From: a bacterium
Lineage (GTDB): Bacteria; Patescibacteriota; UBA1384; CAILIB01
Reading direction: 5' to 3'
DNA: 64,000 nt
Assembly (NCBI GenBank): GCA_037131105.1
Contig: JBAXRQ010000001.1
Coordinates: forward strand, 560,589-624,588
Shown: in pieces, positions 9,612-17,654 of the stretch
Layout of the letters: every line of letters begins with the position of its first letter
How positions within the stretch are numbered: position 1 is the first letter of the stretch
Translations under genes and position numbers: made by a program
The notes under the pieces: generated by a model
What the model was told of the DNA's origin: nothing
Databases searched by the model: none
Seen by the model: the letters and a program-made list of their open reading frames with translations, nothing else

Positions 9612-10889
9612 ATGCGCCGACGACTGTGGATCAACTTCGCCCTTATTCTCGTACTTGCTGCAGCTGCCGCATTTATTAGCTTGCCTGCTACTCAAAGCCT
9701 ACGTATAGGTAGTATGTATCGCGACGTCTCACTTAGAGAAGGTCTTGACCTGAAAGGCGGAGCTCATTTGGTCTATGAGGCAGACACCTCGAAGATTGAC
9801 TCTGCAAACGTCGGTGCGGCCATGAACGGGGTGCGGGACGTTATCGAGGCTCGTGTCAACGGCTTAGGTGTCACCGAACCAGATATTAGACTTTCTTCGG
9901 TAGGTAGTAAGCCAGCTATCATCATCGACATGCCAGGAGTGTCAGATATCGAGAAGGCCAAGGGGCTAATCGGCTCCACCGCCAAGCTTGAGTTCAAGGA
10001 TGCGACCGGAAAGGTTCTGATGGAAGGAAGCGATCTAGAACCTCAAGGTGCATCTGCCGCTCCAGCAAACAATTCCACAGCCACTGCTGCCAAGGCCAAC
10101 TCCTGGCAGGTCAATATCACCCTGACCAGTACTGGCAAAGACAAGTTCGCCAAAGCCACTGCTGCAAATATTCAGAAGCAGATCGGAATTTACCTTGACG
10201 ACAAGCTGATCTCCAATCCTACCGTCAACAGTGCCATCACCGACGGCAGCGCCGTCATAAGTGGCAGCTTCACCGCCCAGCAGGCGGCCGACTTCGCACT
10301 CAAACTGAACTACGGCGCCCTTCCCGTTCCTATACACCTGACCCAAGAGCAGACCGTAGGGGCCAGCCTAGGTAGCGATGCCATCCACCAGACTCTCATA
10401 GCCGGTATCATCGGTATTCTACTCATCTTCCTCTTCATCATTGCCTACTACCGCTGGTGCGGTGTTGTAGCCACCCTAGCCCTGGTCGTTTACGCTCTGA
10501 TCAATGTCATGCTCTACAAGCTTCTTCCGGTCACCATGACCTTGGCAGGTATTGCCGGCTTCATTATCTCCATGGGTATTGCCGTGGACACCAACATCCT
10601 GACCTTCGAACGTTTGAAAGAAGAGCTACGCCTCGGCAAAGCTATGCCCGTAGCCATCCAGGAAGCCTTTAAGCGCGCCTGGACCAGCATCCGTGACTCC
10701 CATGTGTCAGGCCTGATCTCGGCAGTGATCATCTTCAGCTTTGCGTCCGGCCCGGTACGTGGATTCGCCCTGGTACTGATCATCGGTACCTTACTCAGCC
10801 TGTTCTCGGCTATCACCGTTACCCGTACCTGGATGCTTCTTATCGCCGGCAGCCGCTTCCAGAAGCTGCTCAATATTGCCAAGGCCTAA
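9612..10889 (+). CDS. secD: Protein translocase subunit SecD
   Basis: GLDLKGG, RVNGLGVTEP, LNYGALP, TVGASLG, GIAVDTNILTFERLKEE. Confidence 0.96.
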   Translation: MRRRLWINFALILVLAAAAAFISLPATQSLRIGSMYRDVSLREGLDLKGGAHLVYEADTSKIDSANVGAAMNGVRDVIEARVNGLGVTEPDIRLSSVGSKPAIIIDMPGVSDIEKAKGLIGSTAKLEFKDATGKVLMEGSDLEPQGASAAPANNSTATAAKANSWQVNITLTSTGKDKFAKATAANIQKQIGIYLDDKLISNPTVNSAITDGSAVISGSFTAQQAADFALKLNYGALPVPIHLTQEQTVGASLGSDAIHQTLIAGIIGILLIFLFIIAYYRWCGVVATLALVVYALINVMLYKLLPVTMTLAGIAGFIISMGIAVDTNILTFERLKEELRLGKAMPVAIQEAFKRAWTSIRDSHVSGLISAVIIFSFASGPVRGFALVLIIGTLLSLFSAITVTRTWMLLIAGSRFQKLLNIAKA

Positions 10890-10904
10890 CCAACACATAC
10901 CACC

Positions 10905-11864
10905 ATGTCTAGCCTTCATCGTAACTTCGACATCATTGGTACCCGCACCCGCTGGTACATCCTTTCGTTGGTATTGATCCTACCTGGTATTATTTCACTT
11001 ATCGTCTGGGGTCTGCCCGTAGGCATCGACTTTAAGGGTGGCACCATGCAGGAGCTACATTTTACCGGTACCGCACCGGGAATAGACCAAGTCCGCACCG
11101 AGCTAGCCGGTACTAAGATCAACGGTCTCGGAGTGCAGAGCTCTAGCGGCAATGACCTCATTATCCGCTTCCCAATCACCGACAATGGCCAGGCACGCGA
11201 CGCTGGCAACAAAATCCTTGCCCAGGTAAAGAAAGATCATCCTGGCGCTACCGAGACCTCCTTCCAGAGTATCGGCGGATCAGTGGCAAGCTCCACAACG
11301 ACTAAGGCAGCCGAGGCTGTGGTCATCACCTCTATAGCCATCATCTTCTTTATCGCCTGGTCCTTTGGCTCGGTGCCCAAGCCTGCATCTTCCTGGCGCT
11401 TCGGGGTGACAGCCATCCTGGCCCTGGCCCATGACATCCTATTCATGGTCGGCGCTTTCTCTTTGATCGGACACTTCTTCCCCGGAGTAGAAGTTGACTC
11501 TCTATTTATTACGGCTGTCCTTACTATTCTAGGCTTCTCCACCAACGACACCATCGTGGTATTTGACCGTATCCGTGAAAACCTGCGCCGCAGTCCGGGA
11601 CGCAGTTTTGCTGAGATCGCGAATAGCAGTCTGAACCAGACCCTGGCCCGCTCACTGAACACCTCAATGACCGTGCTGATCGTACTGATCACCCTACTGG
11701 TACTGGGAGGTCCTTCTATCCGGAACTTTATCTTAGCCCTGACCCTCGGTGTAGCCATCGGAACCTATTCGTCGATATTTAACGCCAGCCCGCTGCTGGT
11801 CAGTTGGCAGGAGTTTGCCGATCGCCGGGCTGAAAAAACCGCTGCAGCCGCCAAGAAGAAATAA
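10905..11864 (+). CDS. secF: Protein translocase subunit SecF
   Basis: GIDFKGGT, LAHDIL, GFSTNDTIVVFDRIREN, GTYSSIF. Confidence 0.96.
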   Translation: MSSLHRNFDIIGTRTRWYILSLVLILPGIISLIVWGLPVGIDFKGGTMQELHFTGTAPGIDQVRTELAGTKINGLGVQSSSGNDLIIRFPITDNGQARDAGNKILAQVKKDHPGATETSFQSIGGSVASSTTTKAAEAVVITSIAIIFFIAWSFGSVPKPASSWRFGVTAILALAHDILFMVGAFSLIGHFFPGVEVDSLFITAVLTILGFSTNDTIVVFDRIRENLRRSPGRSFAEIANSSLNQTLARSLNTSMTVLIVLITLLVLGGPSIRNFILALTLGVAIGTYSSIFNASPLLVSWQEFADRRAEKTAAAAKKK

Positions 11865-11966
11865 TACGGACCAAAGTCTTCCCGTCTCACTGTCCTCAAA
11901 CCTACATACCCACACGGTACTGCGGAGGCGAGACGATAAAGACCATGGCTCCGTATCCAGGTAGCG

Positions 11967-12548
11967 CTACCCAAGGATACTGAAGTGGGCCTTGATCTTA
12001 TCCAGGGCCTGGCGTAGATCGGCCTCGGTCTCCTCGGCATTGCCGTCATTTCGCACTACAAGGTCCATTAAGGCCCTGTCAGCCTTGTACGGCCTCACTT
12101 GGTTGTCCCACTGGTTATTATAGAGCTCTTCGGTCAGTACAAGGCCTTTGGCGGCATAGCGCTGGACAATAGTCTCGCGAGAGGCCTCAACCCAGATATT
12201 CAGCCCGCCGTGGCGGTGGATGGCCTTAAGGTTGTCTGCTAGCCTGAGTCCCGTGAGCGCCACACCTTCGACTCCCTGGGAACGGGCGTCACGCAAGCTC
12301 AGGTCCAGCCAGATATCAGGTCCGAAGGCATCATGCCCAGCCTTTGAAACCTGGGTGATCGGGCGTCGCACGGCATCCTTACGATCCTCGTCAGACGAAT
12401 CAATCTCATACGTATGCAGGGCGTCCAGCAGCCGGCGAATGGGCAGGGACGTGGGGTAGGAGATGAATTCCGGCAGGCGTCGGGACAGTTCCTCGGCGAT
12501 ATAGTCCTTGCCGGCGCGGAGATCGCCATAGGTGGCCACGATATGCAT
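11967..12548 (-). CDS. P-loop nucleoside monophosphate / dephospho-CoA kinase-like protein
   Basis: N-terminal GDLRAGKD P-loop variant, GPDIW, TGLR, DLVVRNDG, typical of dNMP-kinase-like folds. Confidence 0.6.
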   Translation of the reverse strand: MHIVATYGDLRAGKDYIAEELSRRLPEFISYPTSLPIRRLLDALHTYEIDSSDEDRKDAVRRPITQVSKAGHDAFGPDIWLDLSLRDARSQGVEGVALTGLRLADNLKAIHRHGGLNIWVEASRETIVQRYAAKGLVLTEELYNNQWDNQVRPYKADRALMDLVVRNDGNAEETEADLRQALDKIKAHFSILG

Positions 12549-12560
12549 AAGGCGGGGTTA

Positions 12561-12683
12561 GTGGAAGGGAGATACTGAGCGCAGTTCAAGGAAAAGACGA
12601 GTATCCGACCGAGACGTACTTGAGGTACGGTGAGAAAGGAACGGAGACTTTGACGCAGAAATACGCCAGTACCTGCCTTCCAC
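12561..12683. repeat. Structured palindromic intergenic element, copy A
   Basis: gtggaagg...ccttccac outer inverted repeat; core shared with 46021-46139. Confidence 0.75.
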
Positions 12684-12745
12684 CGGAATTGACTGTTTCC
12701 AGATTATAGCTTAGCATAACCTCATACAAAACCTAAGTACCGACC

Positions 12746-13297
12746 ATGGCAGGCAGCATCTACATACTTTCCGGCATCTCAGGTAGTGGTAAGAGCACTA
12801 TCAGTGACCTACTTATAGAGCGGCACCCAAATATTGCCCGGTCCATTACGCTGACCACCCGCAAGCCCCGCGAAGGCGAGCTGTTTGGCTTTCACTATTA
12901 TTTTACCAGCCCGGAGATCTTTAGCTGGCTGCAGGAGACCAACCAGCTGCTTGAGTTCACCCAAGTGTACGGAGATACCTTCTACGGCACTCTGAAGGTC
13001 TCAGTGGAGAAACTAATCACAGCCGGACGCGATGTACTGTTCGTGGTTGATAGTCGTGGAGTCGACCAAGTTACCGAACATTTCCCGAACGCACGTAGTT
13101 TGTTCCTCAAAGCACCTAGTGACGATGAGCAGCGAAAACGTTTGGAAGGGCGGGGTACCACCGGAAATGACCTGGAAATTCGCGTTGCCAAGGCCCACGA
13201 GGAACTTATCTGGGCCGAGAAGAAGGGTCTACCAGTAGTTGTGAACGACAGCCTTCACGTGGCGTTGAGTGAAGTAGAACGAATCTTCTTCGCCTAA
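12746..13297 (+). CDS. gmk: Guanylate kinase
   Basis: GISGSGKS, TTRKPREGE..G.HYYF, FYGT; upstream TTGACT-17-TAGCAT at 12689-12717. Confidence 0.92.
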   Translation: MAGSIYILSGISGSGKSTISDLLIERHPNIARSITLTTRKPREGELFGFHYYFTSPEIFSWLQETNQLLEFTQVYGDTFYGTLKVSVEKLITAGRDVLFVVDSRGVDQVTEHFPNARSLFLKAPSDDEQRKRLEGRGTTGNDLEIRVAKAHEELIWAEKKGLPVVVNDSLHVALSEVERIFFA

Positions 13298-13373
13298 TAC
13301 AAAAATAGGCTAGGGGAGTACTTATTGACACTCTGATGCAGACCTGGGAGAATGCGCCCAGGAGGTGATTCCT

Positions 13374-13862
13374 GTGTATTTGTACAGCAACTTGGACATT
13401 AATACTTTGCCATTCGCAAGACTGAGTGCAGAGGCGGCAGTCTATGGGGGAAACCTATTCGATACCGCCTGCCATCGCCTAGCATCAATGACTGTTAGCC
13501 TCGAGAACTTCGCGTATACGCCACTGAATTCAACGTCGATATCTGAGCTCCGTTCATATATGCGATGCATACTTTCTGAGTGCTTTATTGTACTTATCTT
13601 AATGGAAGTCCCCGGGCTACATGTACTCGAGCTACTCAGAAACCATGGACTAACTACAGACCAGTGTACCGAAGCCGAACAAGTCATCAAGACGTTTTGG
13701 AGCGTCGTCACATCTGTTGATACTACTCTTGTTCATGAAATTCCCAAGATTATTGAGCAGGGGATAGCACGTGAACTCATAGCTGGACTACATATCATAA
13801 ATGAGTGTAGAGCGTATGGGGAAGACGACTCCAAAGAGCGGCAAGAGGACTCGCATCCTTAG
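13374..13862 (+). CDS. Hypothetical protein in an AT-richer patch
   Basis: TTGACA-17-GAGAAT (13325-13353), AGGAGGTGA SD, then GTG 13374; no family recognised. Confidence 0.6.
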   Translation: MYLYSNLDINTLPFARLSAEAAVYGGNLFDTACHRLASMTVSLENFAYTPLNSTSISELRSYMRCILSECFIVLILMEVPGLHVLELLRNHGLTTDQCTEAEQVIKTFWSVVTSVDTTLVHEIPKIIEQGIARELIAGLHIINECRAYGEDDSKERQEDSHP

Positions 13863-14144
13863 AGGAAATACTTATCAAGGAGGCAATAGCTCGTAACTAG
13901 TAAGAAGACCGAAGGATCGAACATTCAGAATCGCCACGGGCACTCACAATGAGACCCGTGGCAAACACAATTATAATGTCTTACAATGTATGTTCTAAGT
14001 CCTTATAGGTGGCGATTTGGCAACGCAGATATAATTAGACGATGGAGATTACCTGTATGAATATAAGCTCTGATAAATCAAATTATGAATATTTTCGCGC
14101 TATTTCCTGTTAAACCCGCGTAAATCTTATTCTTTCTATACGCC

Positions 14145-17072
14145 CTATTCCTCCCGTGAGTCAGCCGGATCCGGCCCCCACATAGACATCCCCTCGTTCG
14201 CAGTTTGTTCGGGAAGGGCGAGAGGGTCAGGGGACTCAGCTGCGGCTTTTTGGGCAAGCTCCTTGGCCAGGCGTTTTTGCTCAAGCTTCTCCAAAACCTC
14301 TTTTTCAGGCTCGCCTAAGAACCACTTCAGTCCTCCTTTTTGCGACACCTCCTTGTATACCCACTCATCCAAGACCTTCAAGGGCTTTTCTTTGCGTGGC
14401 GGCTTGGGAACTCCCCCACCCTCCTGCTCCATGGGAACTACGAACGGCTCAGCTACTTCAAGCTGAATAATCTCGTTCGGTTTTTGTTCGTATACTACGG
14501 GAGCCGGTATCGGCTCGGTAACCATAGGTAATGGCACAGGCGTCTCTAGGACGGCTACTGGAGCAGGCGCAAGTGTAGCCACTGGTACAGGCTGAGGAAC
14601 AGGTAGAGGCTGCGGAGCAGGCGCTACCGGCTGCACTGGAGGACTCATCGGAGTCCGGATCGCTAATGACTCCCCGCTCTTCAAGATCTCCTGTGCCACG
14701 TTCTTAGCCTCTTCCACCTCACGCTTCTTCTTGTATCCTGCCGTCTCGTCAATAACCAGCTCCACTTCCTCACGAGGACGAGCGTAACGTTCACGAGAAT
14801 ACTGCATGACCAAATCACGGTTCGACTCCCCTATCTCCTTAGGCATCATGGTCTGGGCCGAGAAGGCAGGAGTGGCGATGCCATCCACCAGCAGCTTCAC
14901 ATAGACATGCCCTCTCTGCAGGTTCACCAGGTCGTTGGCATCAAAGACGGGAGCAAACTCTTTGACCAGCACGTCAGCGTCAGGAGCACCTATCCGAAAG
15001 CTTACCATAGTACCAACATTACCAATGACAGCGTCACGCACAGCCTCTGACATCTGGGCGATGTACTGGTGAGCGATGGTTAGTCCCAGGCCGTACTTAC
15101 GGGCTTCAGAAAGAATGGTAGCAAATGACTCGGTGGCAAAGTTCTGGAACTCATCCACGTACAGGAAGCAGTCAGGCCGCTCAGCCGCAGTTACATTTGC
15201 CCGGCTCATAGCCGCAAGCTGCACCTTGGTGATCATCATGGCACCGAGCAGGGCCATGTTGTCTTCACCTATCTTACCCTTTGACAGGTTTACCACCAGG
15301 ATCTTCTGTTCATCCATGATCTGACGTATATCGATGGACGAGGTAGGCTGCCCAACGATATTTCGCATGGTTGAGGTGGACAGGAACTGGCCGACCTTGT
15401 TCAGGATGGATCCAGGAGCTTCCGCCCGCTGTTGTGGCGACATACTCAGCCACTCATTACTCCAGAAGTCCTTAATAACTACATCCTTGATCTGGGCCAC
15501 TATGGACTCCCGGAAGGCATTGTCAGTGAGCATGCGGGGAATACCCAGCATAGTGGGGTTATCTGAGTCCAAGAGAGCGAGTACTGTATTTCTGAGAATG
15601 TATTCAAGGCGAGGACCCCAGGAATCAGAGTAGAGCTTCTTAAAGATGCCGATGAAGCCCGACGCCACCATCCCCTTGTACTCATCCGCTACCTTCTCAA
15701 GAGGGTTGAAGGAGATCGGGAAGTCACGGTCAGAGGGATCAAAGACCACCACGTCCTTTACCCGGTGAGGCGGCACGCTGTCGATGATCTTGTCGGCCAG
15801 TTCTCCGTGCGGATCCACTACCACAACTCCCCTGCCCTCCATCACATCATCGATGATCATATTCTCAAGCAGGGTGGATTTACCCACACCAGACTTACCA
15901 ATGACGTAGATATGGCGCTTTCGGTCGTCTAGCTTGATACCGAACTCTCGTGAGCTGTTACGGAAGTCGGTCTTACCAAGAACGGTAAGTTCCTTAGGCT
16001 CCACCTCATCCTTGAACGGTAGGTTGAACGGAGCTTCGCCCTTCTTAGAGCCGGCCCAGGAGATAGCCGAGGTCTCTACCGCCTTGGTTGGGAAATGGTA
16101 CAGAGAAGCCAGCTCCTCAATGTTCAGGACGCCGCCCTTCTCCTCAAACTGACGGGTGATGTACTTCGTCCAGGAAGCATGGTCATCGACCAGAGTCGAA
16201 ACCCCCCTGAAGCCGTTGAGGTTGGTGGTGTTGTACTGCTTCAGGGCTGCCAGCATAGCCTGGGAGCGTGACTTGGCGGTCTGGGCCTCGTTGGCGATTA
16301 CAACCAGCCTAAATAAGCTTTCAAAACCTAACTTGGTGATCTTGGTCTCAATCCCCTTCAAAGCGGCCTCTTCAGGCGCAGAAAGCTTCGGGGGCTCCTT
16401 AGGACCGCTTCCGGCCGCGTCCCCTACCCCGGATCCCGGCACCACCATCTCCTGCAGTATGCGGGCACCGAAACGGACCACCTTGGCAGCCGCACCTCCC
16501 CCTCCTCCCATGTCTCCGCTTCGTATGGCCTTTACGTGGGCTACTCCGCGATTCTGCCATTCGTCCCCTACCGGCCGCACTACGATTTGCAGCCAGACCT
16601 GTTCACCCTCATTTAGACCAGCCATTACGGCGGTAATACTTGCCAACGGGTCCACCCCTTCGGAAGCCGTTACTGTCTTGATAGGATACACATCCTCCTT
16701 GGTAAGCTCAATCTTGGTAGTACCCACGTGCTTGCCCTCAAGCTCTACCTGCTTGGTATAGTCAGTCACCTGATGGATCTGCAGGTCGGGATACTGGGCA
16801 TAGAGCTGTCCTTCGATGAAGTCCCTCAAATGTAAAGGCGTGAATACATAAAAGATGATCGAGTCCTTCACCGCCACTATCTCAAAGCTTACGTGCTCCT
16901 GGACAATGGGATCCTCTCGGTAGATGCCGTGCAGCGCTGAGAAGAACTGCTCAGCACTGGCGGCAGTCTTCTCGTTTTCCTTGGCCACTTGGATCGCCAG
17001 CACCACAAAGGTCTGGGACTCCAACCACTCTGCTCGGCGTTTCAGATCATTCGGCTTGGACCATAGGGCCAT
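14145..17072 (-). CDS. VirB4/VirD4 (TraG/TrwB/HerA-type) secretion-associated ATPase
   Basis: HIYVIGKSGVGKS Walker A, DPHGELA, LYVDEFQNF, LSEARKY, AHQY; Pro-rich C-terminal tail. Confidence 0.85.
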   Translation of the reverse strand: MALWSKPNDLKRRAEWLESQTFVVLAIQVAKENEKTAASAEQFFSALHGIYREDPIVQEHVSFEIVAVKDSIIFYVFTPLHLRDFIEGQLYAQYPDLQIHQVTDYTKQVELEGKHVGTTKIELTKEDVYPIKTVTASEGVDPLASITAVMAGLNEGEQVWLQIVVRPVGDEWQNRGVAHVKAIRSGDMGGGGGAAAKVVRFGARILQEMVVPGSGVGDAAGSGPKEPPKLSAPEEAALKGIETKITKLGFESLFRLVVIANEAQTAKSRSQAMLAALKQYNTTNLNGFRGVSTLVDDHASWTKYITRQFEEKGGVLNIEELASLYHFPTKAVETSAISWAGSKKGEAPFNLPFKDEVEPKELTVLGKTDFRNSSREFGIKLDDRKRHIYVIGKSGVGKSTLLENMIIDDVMEGRGVVVVDPHGELADKIIDSVPPHRVKDVVVFDPSDRDFPISFNPLEKVADEYKGMVASGFIGIFKKLYSDSWGPRLEYILRNTVLALLDSDNPTMLGIPRMLTDNAFRESIVAQIKDVVIKDFWSNEWLSMSPQQRAEAPGSILNKVGQFLSTSTMRNIVGQPTSSIDIRQIMDEQKILVVNLSKGKIGEDNMALLGAMMITKVQLAAMSRANVTAAERPDCFLYVDEFQNFATESFATILSEARKYGLGLTIAHQYIAQMSEAVRDAVIGNVGTMVSFRIGAPDADVLVKEFAPVFDANDLVNLQRGHVYVKLLVDGIATPAFSAQTMMPKEIGESNRDLVMQYSRERYARPREEVELVIDETAGYKKKREVEEAKNVAQEILKSGESLAIRTPMSPPVQPVAPAPQPLPVPQPVPVATLAPAPVAVLETPVPLPMVTEPIPAPVVYEQKPNEIIQLEVAEPFVVPMEQEGGGVPKPPRKEKPLKVLDEWVYKEVSQKGGLKWFLGEPEKEVLEKLEQKRLAKELAQKAAAESPDPLALPEQTANEGMSMWGPDPADSREE

Positions 17073-17085
17073 GGTTTGGGTTCGA

Positions 17086-17613
17086 TTAAAGCATATTGTC
17101 GATCACCGCCCAACGGGAGGGATGATCGGCGGGAATAAGTAGCATAACCTTGTCTCCCAAATGAAGATTAAAGAGTGACATGTAATAAGTCACTGATGCG
17201 GTCAGGATGCTATAGGTGTTGCCGTCCTCAGCATCCACCACATAGTGGTTACCCTCGGCTCGCAGTACACCTGGAATAGTCGAACGCTCGATGGGGCCAA
17301 GCTGCTTGTAGAAGAACTTGCCATCCGGAGTGATATAGAGCTTAAGCGGATCGCCTTCGACTAGCTTGCTTTTGGAGGCGTAGTTTGAGGAAACCTGGTA
17401 TCCCTTGCCGTTATAGTCAACCATCCTCTCGCCGTCAAAGATACCCTCGATCCCGTCGTCAGTACCAGACTGCTCCTGCAGCGCATAGGTAGGCTGGGCA
17501 GCATAACCAGCCGCTCCTACCCCTAATAGCTGCCGCAGATCACGTATATCCTGCTCGATCCGCTCTAACAGTCGCGCCGCCCGCTCAGCATTTCCATCGG
17601 TATTTGTTTCCAT
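17086..17613 (-). CDS. Conserved hypothetical protein between the ATPases
   Basis: IEGIFDGE.M...GK.YQV..NYASKSKLVEGD.LKL.I..DG.F.YKQ.GP motif; co-oriented with both ATPases. Confidence 0.75.
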   Translation of the reverse strand: METNTDGNAERAARLLERIEQDIRDLRQLLGVGAAGYAAQPTYALQEQSGTDDGIEGIFDGERMVDYNGKGYQVSSNYASKSKLVEGDPLKLYITPDGKFFYKQLGPIERSTIPGVLRAEGNHYVVDAEDGNTYSILTASVTYYMSLFNLHLGDKVMLLIPADHPSRWAVIDNML

Positions 17614-17654
17614 ACCTTTATTTAGTTTTTGATCTTAGGATCACTATATTCTTT

